The notes beneath the pieces were generated by a model. The model searched no databases. It had not been told where the DNA came from and saw only the letters and a program-made list of their open reading frames with translations. Made by a program: the position numbers and the translations under genes. Shown here in pieces: positions 9,692 through 18,913 of a stretch of DNA of 44,393 nucleotides. Each line of letters starts with the position of its first letter. Positions within the stretch are counted from its first letter, which is position 1. The stretch is from Salinibacter sp. (GTDB taxonomy: Bacteria > Bacteroidota > Rhodothermia > Rhodothermales > Salinibacteraceae), in the NCBI GenBank assembly GCA_042219065.1, contig JBDGQM010000056.1, forward strand, positions 1 through 44,393, written 5' to 3'.

Positions 9692-11818
9692 TCAGAACGG
9701 GAGGCCGTCGGCGTCGGAGGGGTCCTCCGGCGGCCCGCCCGGGTCGCTTGGCGTCTCGGGCGGCGACGAGGGCGTTCCGTTCTGGGGGGGAGACGGCGCC
9801 GCGTTCTGTTCGGCGTTGTCCGCGGCGTCCTCCTCCACGAGCTGCACCGGTTCGAGCACGTCCTCCGGCACGTCCTCGATGAACCGGCTCGGGGTGGTCA
9901 TGTACTCGCCCTGCCCGCGCCGGTACTGCGTCATGGGGTAGGAGATGAACAGGTCCTCCTCCGCCCGCGTGACGGCCACGTAGAAAAGGCGAAGCTCCTC
10001 GTCCACCCCCCCGTCCTCGCGCAGCGCGTGGCGGGACGGGATGGTGCCGTCGAGCGCCCGGATGAGGAAGACCGTGTGGAATTCGAGGCCCTTCGCGGAG
10101 TGGATGGTCGAGAGCGTGAGGGGCGGCTCGTCGTCCTCGCTGGCCTCCTGGTCGAGGGCCGTGAGCTCAATGGGGTCGAGCGTGAGCGACGACAGAAAGC
10201 GCTGGCGCGTCTCGTGGTTGGCGGCCAGGCCGGCGAGGTGCTCCAGGTCCGGCTCCCGCTTCGGATGGTCGTCGGCGTACTCGTTCTCGAACAGCGGCTG
10301 GTAGTAGCTGAGGATCGCTTCCACCTGCTCGGTCACCGACGTGTCCTCGTTGCGGACGTGGCGGAGGGTGGAGAACAGCTGCTTGAGCCGGGCCGCGTAC
10401 CGGTCCGAAAAGGGCGCGTCGTCGTCCAGGGAGAGCGGGTCGTCGGCCGTCTCGGTGGACCACTCGATGAGGGAGCGCGCCGTCTTGGGGCCGATGCCGT
10501 GGATGAGCTGGAGGATGCGGTTCCAGGAGGCGGCGTCCTGCGGGTTCTCCACCACCTTCAGGTGCGCCAGGACGTCCTTGATGTGGGCGGCCTCGTTGAG
10601 CTTCATCCCGCCGTACTTCACGAACGGAATGTTGCGCTGGTTGAGCTCCACCTCCAGGTCGTACGCGTTGTGGCTGCTGCGGAAGAGCACCGCCACGTCG
10701 CTGAGAGAGACGCCCTCCTCGCGCAGGCGCAGCACCATGTCGGCCACGAAGCGGGCCTCCATGTCGCCGTCGGCCGCGGGGACGACGGCGGGGCACTGGC
10801 CCTCCGTCCGCTCCGTGAACAGGGTCTTGTCGTAGGAGCGGTCGGCCTGCTCAATGACGTGGTTCGCCAGGTCCAGAATCGGCTGGGTGGAGCGGTAGTT
10901 GCGCTCCAGCTTCAAAACCTCCGCGTCGTTGAACTCGTCGGGGAAGCGGAAGATGTTGCGGAAGTCCGCACCGCGGAATTTGTAGATGCTCTGCGCGTCG
11001 TCGCCCACCACGGTCACGTTGCCGTGGACCGAGGCGAACCGGCGGACGAGCTGGGCCTGCAGGGCGTTGGTGTCCTGGTACTCGTCGACCAGCACGTGCC
11101 GGCACCGGCTTGCTACTTGATTCCGCACGTCGTCGTTGTCGTCGAAGAGCTCCAGGGTGCGGCGCAGGAGGTCGTCGAAGTCCATGAGCCCGTGGCTCTT
11201 CTTGTACTGCCGGTACTCGTTCTGGAGCGTCTTCAGCTCGTCGTGTAGCGTGGTGAACTGCGGATAGCGCTTCGTGATGGTCTCCCCGAGCGTCTCGTCG
11301 CGGTTCGTAGCCGATGAGAACATCGAGTAGAGCGTGTTCTTCTGCGGGAAGCGTTCGTCGCCCTCGCCGTAGTCGCCCCGGGCGCGGAGCACACTCAGCA
11401 CGTCCGCGGCGTCTGAGGCATCGAGGACGGTAAAGTTGCGCGGAAAGTCGATGGCCGTGGCGTGCTGGCGGAGCACTTCGAGGCAGAAGGCGTGGAACGT
11501 GCCGCCGCGTACCTTTTCGCAGCGCCCGTCGAGCAGGCTGGAGGCGCGGGCCGTCATGTCGTTGGCCGCCCGGCGGGTGAAGGTGAGCAGGACGATCTGC
11601 TGGGGCCGCGTGCCCGTCTCCACCAGGTAGGCCAGGCGGTAGATGAGGGTGCGCGTCTTGCCGGTGCCGGCGCCGGCCACAATCAGGAGCGGCCCGTCAT
11701 CCGCCGTGGCGGCTGCGTACTGCTGGTCGTTGAGCGCCTCTGCGTACTCGATCGTGAGGTCCTCCGGCGCCCCCGAAGGCTCGTCGTCCTCCGAACGCAG
11801 AACAATGCGGCGCGCCAT
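9692..11818 (-). CDS. UvrD/Rep family ATP-dependent DNA helicase
   Basis: AGAGTGKT, LTFTRRAA, VDEYQD, VGDDAQSIY, NYRS, TIHSAKGLEF, RLFYVAVTRA; start placed at MARRIVL. Confidence 0.95.
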   Translation of the reverse strand: MARRIVLRSEDDEPSGAPEDLTIEYAEALNDQQYAAATADDGPLLIVAGAGTGKTRTLIYRLAYLVETGTRPQQIVLLTFTRRAANDMTARASSLLDGRCEKVRGGTFHAFCLEVLRQHATAIDFPRNFTVLDASDAADVLSVLRARGDYGEGDERFPQKNTLYSMFSSATNRDETLGETITKRYPQFTTLHDELKTLQNEYRQYKKSHGLMDFDDLLRRTLELFDDNDDVRNQVASRCRHVLVDEYQDTNALQAQLVRRFASVHGNVTVVGDDAQSIYKFRGADFRNIFRFPDEFNDAEVLKLERNYRSTQPILDLANHVIEQADRSYDKTLFTERTEGQCPAVVPAADGDMEARFVADMVLRLREEGVSLSDVAVLFRSSHNAYDLEVELNQRNIPFVKYGGMKLNEAAHIKDVLAHLKVVENPQDAASWNRILQLIHGIGPKTARSLIEWSTETADDPLSLDDDAPFSDRYAARLKQLFSTLRHVRNEDTSVTEQVEAILSYYQPLFENEYADDHPKREPDLEHLAGLAANHETRQRFLSSLTLDPIELTALDQEASEDDEPPLTLSTIHSAKGLEFHTVFLIRALDGTIPSRHALREDGGVDEELRLFYVAVTRAEEDLFISYPMTQYRRGQGEYMTTPSRFIEDVPEDVLEPVQLVEEDAADNAEQNAAPSPPQNGTPSSPPETPSDPGGPPEDPSDADGLPF

Positions 11819-12179
11819 GGCGGAGACGTGGGTCGTTCGTGGAAGACAATCGCAGGGATCGGGCCGGGCCGTAGTCGACACCAGGACGCCCGCGCCGGGC
11901 CGAACACTCACCGGCGGATGCCGGTTGAGAGTCAGCGCACACGCAACGATGCCGGTCCGAAACCCCCACTCGATAAACCTTCGTGCCGGGACGAGTGATC
12001 CGGTCCGAGCCGGGAGCCGTGTCGAATGATCGGCATTGTAGATTTCTTGGTCGTGGGCGGTAGACATTGGGCGGGGGCGTTTCGTAGATTACTACCGTCC
12101 GGTTCGGGGAGCATCACCTCCGATCCGCGGGGGAGCGTCTGTAGAGGCATCCTTGAGAGTGAGATTTTTGTAGTCTGTT

Positions 12180-13103
12180 ATGGGAAAAGTCATCGCGATT
12201 GCGAATCAGAAAGGAGGGGTGGGCAAGACGACCACCGCGATCAATCTGGCGGCGTCCCTGGCCGCCACGGAGCACCCGACGCTCCTCCTGGACATTGATC
12301 CTCAGGCAAACTGCACGTCCGGCATCGGCATCGAGTCGGACGAGGTCGATGACTCGATCTACGAGGTCCTCATCGGGGAGGTCGACGCGTCGGAGGCGGT
12401 GATGACGACCGAGATGCCGTTTCTCGACATGATGCCGAGCCACATCAACCTCGTGGGGGCCGAGATTGAAATCATCGACGAGACGCAGCGGGAGAAGCTC
12501 TTGAGCGCGGCCCTGCCCCGCATTCGCCGCAAGTACGACTTTATCGTCATCGACTGTCCCCCGTCCCTAGGACTGCTGACGCTCAACTCGCTCACGGCCG
12601 CCAATTCGGTGCTCATTCCAGTGCAGGCCGAGTACTTTGCGCTGGAGGGCCTGGGACAGCTCCTCAACACGATCAAGATCGTCCGCCAGCACCTGAATCC
12701 GGACCTGGGGATCGAGGGGGTGCTCATGACGATGTTCGACACGCGCCTCCGGCTCTCCAATCAGGTGGCCGACGAGGTGCGCCGATACTTCGGCGATCGC
12801 GTGTTCGAGACCATCGTGAAGCGCAACGTGCGCCTCTCGGAAGCCCCGAGCTTCGGAAAGCCGGCCCTGCTGTACGAGGCGTCCAGCACCGGCGCGCAGA
12901 ACTACATGGCCCTGGCGCGCGAGATTCTCGGCAACAACCAGGAATATCTCGACACGTCGCACAGCGACAACGGGACCCGCGATGCCGAGACCGCCGACGT
13001 GCCGCCCGCGGACGATCAAGAGACGCTGTCCGACGCGATCGGCGAGGAGCCGTCGGAGTCCGAGGACGGCTCCGTGACGCCCGCCGACGAGTTTTCGATG
13101 TAG
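12180..13103 (+). CDS. parA: Chromosome partitioning ATPase ParA/Soj
   Basis: [33 protein letters not shown]. Confidence 0.96.
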   Translation: MGKVIAIANQKGGVGKTTTAINLAASLAATEHPTLLLDIDPQANCTSGIGIESDEVDDSIYEVLIGEVDASEAVMTTEMPFLDMMPSHINLVGAEIEIIDETQREKLLSAALPRIRRKYDFIVIDCPPSLGLLTLNSLTAANSVLIPVQAEYFALEGLGQLLNTIKIVRQHLNPDLGIEGVLMTMFDTRLRLSNQVADEVRRYFGDRVFETIVKRNVRLSEAPSFGKPALLYEASSTGAQNYMALAREILGNNQEYLDTSHSDNGTRDAETADVPPADDQETLSDAIGEEPSESEDGSVTPADEFSM

Positions 13104-13182
13104 CCCGCCCCTAATTTTCGTGCGCGGCGTTTTTGCATGAAGAGCTGCTTCATTCTCCTTTTTCGTCGATCCCCCGTCTCGC

Positions 13183-14172
13183 ATGGGTAAGAACTCAGCA
13201 CTTGGCAAAGGCCTCAACGCGCTCCTGCCGGAAGAAGAGGACGAACAGGCGTCGGACGAGGACGGTGGGGGGGCAGACGAGAGTGAGGCGACGGAGCAGA
13301 ATCAGCTCTATCAGTTTGAGGACGGCACCCGCCTGCTCGGCCGCGTGGCGGAGGTGGCGGTGGAGCGGATCCGTCCGAACCCGTACCAGCCGCGTCAGGA
13401 ATTCAGCGACGACACCCTCGACGAACTGGCGGCCTCCATCGAGCAGATCGGCATCATTCAGCCGATCACGGTTCGGTCGCTCGGGGACGGCGAGTTTGAG
13501 ATTATCTCCGGGGAGCGGCGCCTGCGGGCCGCCCGCCGGGCGGGCATGGAGCATCTGCCCGCATTTATCCGGGAGGCCGACTCGGAAGAGATGCTCGAGA
13601 TGGCCCTCGTCGAAAACGTCCAGCGCGAGGAGCTCAATCCCATCGAGATTGCGCTGGGCTACCAGCGCCTCGTGGAGGAATGTGACCTGACGCAGGAAGA
13701 GGTCGCCGAGCGGGTCAGCAAGAGCCGGGCCACCGTGTCCAACTTCCTCCGTCTCCTGCGGCTTCCGCCTCGCATCCAGGCGGCCCTGCGCGACAAAGAG
13801 GTGAGCATGGGCCACGCCCGGGCGCTCATCGCCATGGACGATGAGGAGGCCCAGGTTGCGCTCCTGCAGGAGGCGATCGAGAAAGACCTGTCGGTGCGGG
13901 AGGTGGAGACGCGCGTTCGGGACTGGCACGAGGAGGACGAGGACGACGCGGAGGCCCCCGAGCCGGTGGACGCGGCCGAAGAGGGATCGGTGACGGAGCC
14001 GGTGCCCGACCGAGGCGACCTACAGCTCGAAGAGCTCCGCAGCAAGCTCCGCTCGCAGTTTAGCACACAGGTGCAGATTCAGCACACGAAAGACGGGGAG
14101 GGCACCATCGAAATTGCCTACTACTCCGAGGAGGACCTTGAGCGGATTATGGAAATGATGATGGAGGGGTAG
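13183..14172 (+). CDS. parB: Chromosome partitioning protein ParB/Spo0J
   Basis: LGKGLNAL, NPYQPR, GERRLRA, ENVQREELNPIE, HTH, GHARAL. Confidence 0.96.
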   Translation: MGKNSALGKGLNALLPEEEDEQASDEDGGGADESEATEQNQLYQFEDGTRLLGRVAEVAVERIRPNPYQPRQEFSDDTLDELAASIEQIGIIQPITVRSLGDGEFEIISGERRLRAARRAGMEHLPAFIREADSEEMLEMALVENVQREELNPIEIALGYQRLVEECDLTQEEVAERVSKSRATVSNFLRLLRLPPRIQAALRDKEVSMGHARALIAMDDEEAQVALLQEAIEKDLSVREVETRVRDWHEEDEDDAEAPEPVDAAEEGSVTEPVPDRGDLQLEELRSKLRSQFSTQVQIQHTKDGEGTIEIAYYSEEDLERIMEMMMEG

Positions 14173-14309
14173 GAGCCGGGCGTGCACGGGAGAACGGGCG
14201 CGTGGGAGCACGAGCACACCGCCCTGACGCTGCAACGCCTGGCGTTCTGAGCGTGCCTCGAAGAATGTGTATCCTGCTGATTCTGTCGGCATTTCTCTCT
14301 GGAGTCCGC

Positions 14310-15011
14310 ATGACTCGGATGCGCCGTCTTGGATTCGGTCTGTGTGTTTGCCTGCTTCTGGTAGGGGGGTTGGGGGGATCCATCGTGCATGCGCAGCCCG
14401 ACAGTACGCGGGCGGCTCTTCTCGAAGAAAAAGGGTTTTCCCCCGATCACTCTCCCCGTGGGGCTCTCTGGCGCGCGCTCGCCGCGCCCGGATGGGGGCA
14501 ACTCTACAATCGTCAGTATTACAAGATGCCGTTCGTCTACGCCGGGCTGGCGGGCGGCGGCTTTGCCATCTACGAGATGAATCGTCGCTACGATCTGTTC
14601 CAGAAGGCGAATCTCTACAAGATCGGTCAGAACCGAGCGGCGGACGGGGGCAAGAATCCGTATCAACAGTACGAGGACGAGTTCAACCAGGCCGTCGAGC
14701 GGCTTGGCGGCGAGGACAGGGTTGGCAATGTGGGCGGACGACAACTCCGGGACCTCCGCGACAAGAACCGCCGCAGGCGAGACCTTTCCATTCTGGGCAC
14801 GGGGCTCTTTTATGCCCTGACGGTGCTGGATGCATATGTCAGCGCGCACCTGCTCACGTTCGACGTCGGCGACGTGGCCGTGGACGTGCACCCGACGGGT
14901 GGGGAGCGCCTGGCGTCGAAGATGGGGCCAGGCCGAGGGGGACGTGCCGGGACGCCCGCCGTGTTGTCACTGTCGGCCGGGATGGGCGTTCGCGTTCGGG
15001 TGCGCTTCTGA
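14310..15011 (+). CDS. DUF5683-like membrane/exported protein
   Basis: PGWGQLYNRQYYKMP and DAYVSAHL motifs; position after parB is typical of Bacteroidota; start uncertain. Confidence 0.8.
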   Translation: MTRMRRLGFGLCVCLLLVGGLGGSIVHAQPDSTRAALLEEKGFSPDHSPRGALWRALAAPGWGQLYNRQYYKMPFVYAGLAGGGFAIYEMNRRYDLFQKANLYKIGQNRAADGGKNPYQQYEDEFNQAVERLGGEDRVGNVGGRQLRDLRDKNRRRRDLSILGTGLFYALTVLDAYVSAHLLTFDVGDVAVDVHPTGGERLASKMGPGRGGRAGTPAVLSLSAGMGVRVRVRF

Positions 15012-15096
15012 GTGGGGATAAGACTGTTTGAGCCGCAGTGCGCGTGCAATATGTAAAACTGTCCTAAAATTTACTGGGATGGGCGGTGTGGAAGCC

Positions 15097-15269
15097 CTTC
15101 GATGCAAGACGCAGGTGAAACCCCTGAGCCCCGAGGCGTACGGATCAAGCCCCTTCATTCGAGGCGAAGCTTATCAACCGAGTGTGCACAGAAACCGCCA
15201 AGCATAAAGGGGGATCCTGAAGACGCCTGCGTGCGGGGCTCCGGACGCCTGGAGGTCCCGACATTGAAG
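15097..15269 (+). ncRNA. Candidate rod-shaped structured RNA
   Basis: Six collinear nested helices found by eye; G-U pairs favour the + strand; TAAAAT at 15065-15070 upstream. Confidence 0.35.
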
Positions 15270-15561
15270 CGGGGTGCGGAGCGGCCGAGCACTCTTCGGG
15301 AGGGGCCAGAATTGATGCCCCCGAGCACGATCCAGAACACGTCGAGAGCCCACCAAACAGGCTCCCGAGACCGGATCGGAGAGACGGCACTTTCCTGAGA
15401 ACCGTCGCGTGTTACGAAAACTGAAACTTTCCGTGTGTTACCTTTTTCTTGGATCCCGCGGCGACAATTAGATGCAATGATTAAACATAACGCTGAAGCA
15501 CTGCCTACGCGCGACATTCCCTTGTTCCTCGCGTTCTCGCCTACGTATTTCGTCCCCTATT

Positions 15562-16857
15562 ATGACGACACCCGACCACAACCGTCCCCACCAGGCTACC
15601 GAGTCTCATTCGGAAGATGTCGCTGCGCAGCAAGAACCGTCTCTGTTTGAAAAGTGTCATCGCTTCTTTGACCCGTCGGGCGATTATGCGAAGGTAAAAG
15701 AGGCAGATCTCTATCCGTACTTTCGACCCATTGAGGAGAGCGAAGGCTCTCGGGCCGTCATGAATGGCGACGAGCTCGTCATGGCGGGCTCAAATAACTA
15801 TCTCGGGCTGACCGCGGACCCTCGGGTGAAGGAGGCGGCCCAGGAGGCGACCGCCAAGTACGGCACCGGCTGTACGGGCAGCCGCTTCCTCAATGGAACT
15901 CTCGACCTGCACCTTGAGCTGGAAGAGCGACTTGCCGACTTCATGGGGAAGGAGAAGGTCGTTCTGTTCTCGACCGGCTACATGACGAATGAGGGAGTCC
16001 TGGAGGCCGTCGCTGGCCGCGGCGACATCATCTTCTCCGACAAGGACAATCACGCCTGCATTGTCGCCGGCACGCAGACAAGCCTCGCGGACACGCGGCG
16101 GTACCGCCACAACGACCTGGACCACCTGCGGACGATGCTGGAACGGGCCCATGACGAGCGTCCGGATGCGGGCAAGCTCATTGCCACCGACGGGGTCTTT
16201 TCCATGAGCGGCAAGATTGCACGCGTCCCTGAACTGCTCGATCTGGCACACGAGTTCGATGCGGCCCTCATGCTCGACGACGCCCACGCGATCGGCGTGG
16301 TGGGAGAGGGGGGGCGCGGGTCGGCCTCCACGTTCGGACGCAAGGACGACGTGCACCTCATCACGGGCACCTTCTCGAAGAGCTTTGCCTCCATCGGAGG
16401 GTTCTGCGCTGGAGATCGTGACGTGGTGGAGTACATTCGGCACGAGGCGTCCACCCACATCTTCAGTGCCTCGATGCCGCCCTCCACGGTGGCCACGGTG
16501 CTGAAGTCCCTCGAAATCCTTCAGAACGAGCCCGAGCGCCTCGATCGGCTCCACGAGATTTCCGACTACATGCGGGACGGCTTCCGCAACCTCGGGTTCG
16601 ACGTGTGGGAGAGCGAGACCCCCATCATCCCGGTCGTTATCGGCGACATGGAGCAGTGCTTCCGGTTCTGGCGCGAATTGATCGAGGAAGGCGTGTTCGT
16701 CAATGCCGTGGTGCCGCCGGCGGTGCCGAAGGGGCAGGCCCTCATGCGCACCTCCTACATGGCCACGCACACCGACGAGGAGCTTGAGGAGATTCTCGAC
16801 GCCTTCCACAAGGTCGGCCACAAGCTCGGCGTGATCGGCACGAACGGGCACGGGTAG
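15562..16857 (+). CDS. spt: Serine palmitoyltransferase-like PLP alpha-oxoamine synthase
   Basis: LYPYFRPI, GSNNYLGL, GTGCTGSRFLNGTLDLH, DDAH and PLP-lysine motif GTFSKS, as in Bacteroidota SPT; substrate not proven. Confidence 0.75.
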   Translation: MTTPDHNRPHQATESHSEDVAAQQEPSLFEKCHRFFDPSGDYAKVKEADLYPYFRPIEESEGSRAVMNGDELVMAGSNNYLGLTADPRVKEAAQEATAKYGTGCTGSRFLNGTLDLHLELEERLADFMGKEKVVLFSTGYMTNEGVLEAVAGRGDIIFSDKDNHACIVAGTQTSLADTRRYRHNDLDHLRTMLERAHDERPDAGKLIATDGVFSMSGKIARVPELLDLAHEFDAALMLDDAHAIGVVGEGGRGSASTFGRKDDVHLITGTFSKSFASIGGFCAGDRDVVEYIRHEASTHIFSASMPPSTVATVLKSLEILQNEPERLDRLHEISDYMRDGFRNLGFDVWESETPIIPVVIGDMEQCFRFWRELIEEGVFVNAVVPPAVPKGQALMRTSYMATHTDEELEEILDAFHKVGHKLGVIGTNGHG

Positions 16858-16895
16858 CGTCAATTCCGAACAGCGAAACCATTCGGCCCGTAATG

Positions 16896-16939
16896 ACGCC
16901 GTCGTTTCCCGATTTCCATCGGGAGGCGACGGCGTTTTT
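16896..16939 (+). terminator. Terminator-like hairpin between spt and the GNAT gene
   Basis: 18-bp stem ACGCCGTCGTTTCCCGAT / ATCGGGAGGCGACGGCGT (two G-U pairs) followed by TTTT. Confidence 0.7.
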
Positions 16940-16973
16940 CATTGGCTCCTGGGACCGTCTCGTCCACACTTGA

Positions 16974-18131
16974 ATGTCGGCTTCGAAGGATGCCCTGACC
17001 GTCCGGCCCGTCGAGGGCTGGTGGGACCGCAGAACATTCATTGACGTGCCGTACGAGTTCTATCCGGGGCGCTACCCGCGATGGGTGCCGCCGCTCCGCC
17101 GCGACGTAAAGAACACCCTCGATCCGTCCACGAACGCCTTCTTTGAGCACGGGGACATGCAGCTCTTCCTGGCCGAAGACGCGTCCGGCGCGGCCGTGGG
17201 GCGCATCGCCGGCATCGTGAACGGCATGCACCTGCAGAAATACGACGACGATACGGGCTTCTTCGGCTTCTTCGAGTGCGTGGAGGAGTACGCGGTGGCC
17301 GAGGCGCTTCTCGACGCCGCCGCGGGCTGGCTTCACGAGCAGGGCCTCCGGCACATGCGGGGACCGGCCAATCCGTCGCTCAACGACACCGCCGGACTGC
17401 TGGTGGACGGCTTCGAGTTCTATCCCTCCATCCTCATGCCGTACAACCCGCCGTACCACGAGGACTTTCTTCTCCGCTACGGCTTCGACCGCATCATGAC
17501 CATGTGGTCGTACTACCTGCACGACAAGTACATGGAGACGGATCGCCTGCAGCGCGGGGTCGACATTGCACGGCGGCGCACGCCCGGCCTCCGCCTCCGC
17601 ACGCTCGACATGGACCGCTTCGACGAAGAGGTGCGCGTGGTCCGCGAGATTTACAACGAGGCCTGGTCCGACAACTGGGGACACGTTCCGATGACGGAGG
17701 CGGAGTTCGACCAACTGGTCGACGAGCTCAAGCAGATTGTAGACCCCAACATCGTGTTCTTCGTCGAGCACGAGGGCGAGCCGGTGGCGTTCTCGGTGAC
17801 GCTGCCCGACCTCAACGAGGCCCTCCGCCACGTTCCCGACGGCCGCCTCTTTCCGCTCGGCCTGCCGAAGCTGCTTCTCCACAGTCACTTCAGTGTCCGA
17901 AACACGCGCATGCCCCTCATGGGGGTGCGGCCCGAATACCAGGGGAAAGGCATCGACGCAATCCTGATCCTGCAAACGATGGAGAGCGTGGGGCCCAACG
18001 GCTACGTGGGGGGGGAGACGAGTTGGATCCTCGACACGAACGACCGACTTCTGAACATGATCGACAAAATTGGCGCTACACAAGACAAGGAATACGCCAT
18101 GTTCGAGACGCCAATTTCGAGTGTCGAGTAA
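16974..18131 (+). CDS. GNAT-fold bacterial ceramide synthase (bCerS)-like N-acyltransferase
   Basis: GRIAGI, GFFGFFE, RGPANPSLN, GLLVDGF, MPYNPPY, NWGHVP, GVRPEYQGKG, SWILDTN; directly downstream of spt. Confidence 0.7.
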   Translation: MSASKDALTVRPVEGWWDRRTFIDVPYEFYPGRYPRWVPPLRRDVKNTLDPSTNAFFEHGDMQLFLAEDASGAAVGRIAGIVNGMHLQKYDDDTGFFGFFECVEEYAVAEALLDAAAGWLHEQGLRHMRGPANPSLNDTAGLLVDGFEFYPSILMPYNPPYHEDFLLRYGFDRIMTMWSYYLHDKYMETDRLQRGVDIARRRTPGLRLRTLDMDRFDEEVRVVREIYNEAWSDNWGHVPMTEAEFDQLVDELKQIVDPNIVFFVEHEGEPVAFSVTLPDLNEALRHVPDGRLFPLGLPKLLLHSHFSVRNTRMPLMGVRPEYQGKGIDAILILQTMESVGPNGYVGGETSWILDTNDRLLNMIDKIGATQDKEYAMFETPISSVE

Positions 18132-18194
18132 CGAACTTCGAGTTCGACCTCAGCCTACAGTCGCCATTCGCCATTCGCAATTCGCCATTCGCAA
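18114..18194. repeat. Heptamer tandem arrays (NNNNCGA)x5 and (TTCGCMA)x5
   Basis: atttcga gtgtcga gtaacga acttcga gttcga ... gtcgcca ttcgcca ttcgcaa ttcgcca ttcgcaa. Confidence 0.85.
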
Positions 18195-18893
18195 ATGGAC
18201 ATCGAATTTGTCTATTTCGACCTCGACGACACCCTCCTCGATCACCAGGCGGCCGAGCGGGAGGCCCTCGCGGACGTGCGGGACCGGTACCTCGCCCTCT
18301 TCGGCACGCTCTCGGTCGACGAACTGCAGGAGACGTACCATGACATCAACGCGCCACTCTGGCGGCAGTACGCCGACGGCGAGATCGACAAGCAGACAGT
18401 TCAGCACCAGCGGTTCACGCGACTGCTGGAGGCCGTAGACGCGCCCCACGCCGACGCCACCCTCGTGGCCCGCTACTACATGCAGCGCTACGCGGCCCAC
18501 TGGGACTTCATCCCCGGGGCGCAGGACGCCTTCGAGGCGGTCGCCGAGCATTATCCTGTGGGGGTGCTCACGAACGGGTTTGCGGAGGTGCAAGAGAAGA
18601 AGCTCGACCAATTCCCGGCACTCCGCGAGCGGTCCGACGCGATTGTGCTGTGCGAGGAGGTCGGGATTCTCAAGCCCGACCCCGCCGTCTTCGAGCACGC
18701 CACCCAGGAGGCAGGGGTGGACGCCGAGGCGGTGCTCTACGTGGGCGACTCGTACCGGTCCGACGTGGAGGGAGCGCAGCCTGCCGGATGGCGGGTGGCG
18801 TGGTACGCGCGGCACGGGGCGAACGGTCGCTCGACGAATGGGCGCGGCTTCACGTTCGACGACTGGTCCACGCTGACCCAGCACCTTCTATAG
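18195..18893 (+). CDS. HAD-IA hydrolase, YjjG-like nucleotidase
   Basis: FDLDDTL, LTNG, KPDP, VGDS..SDVEGA. Confidence 0.9.
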   Translation: MDIEFVYFDLDDTLLDHQAAEREALADVRDRYLALFGTLSVDELQETYHDINAPLWRQYADGEIDKQTVQHQRFTRLLEAVDAPHADATLVARYYMQRYAAHWDFIPGAQDAFEAVAEHYPVGVLTNGFAEVQEKKLDQFPALRERSDAIVLCEEVGILKPDPAVFEHATQEAGVDAEAVLYVGDSYRSDVEGAQPAGWRVAWYARHGANGRSTNGRGFTFDDWSTLTQHLL

Positions 18894-18913
18894 CCGCGGC
18901 CCGGCCCGACCGA

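Noticed and set aside
9266-11248. Long antisense and alternate-frame ORFs (also 3282-5309, 20495-21793, 25343-27043, 36423-38072, 38127-39626)
   Set aside because: Shadow ORFs expected from high GC3 codon bias; no recognisable motifs and they overlap well-supported genes
15012-15561. oriC or parS near parAB
   Set aside because: Only one 1-mismatch DnaA-like box (TGGGGATAA) plus weaker ones, no cluster; no GTTTCACGTGAAAC-like parS noticed
15562-16857. BioF or Kbl assignment
   Set aside because: YPYFR, SRFLNGT and GTFSKS motifs and the adjacent bCerS-like gene fit the SPT clade better; not excluded without a phylogeny
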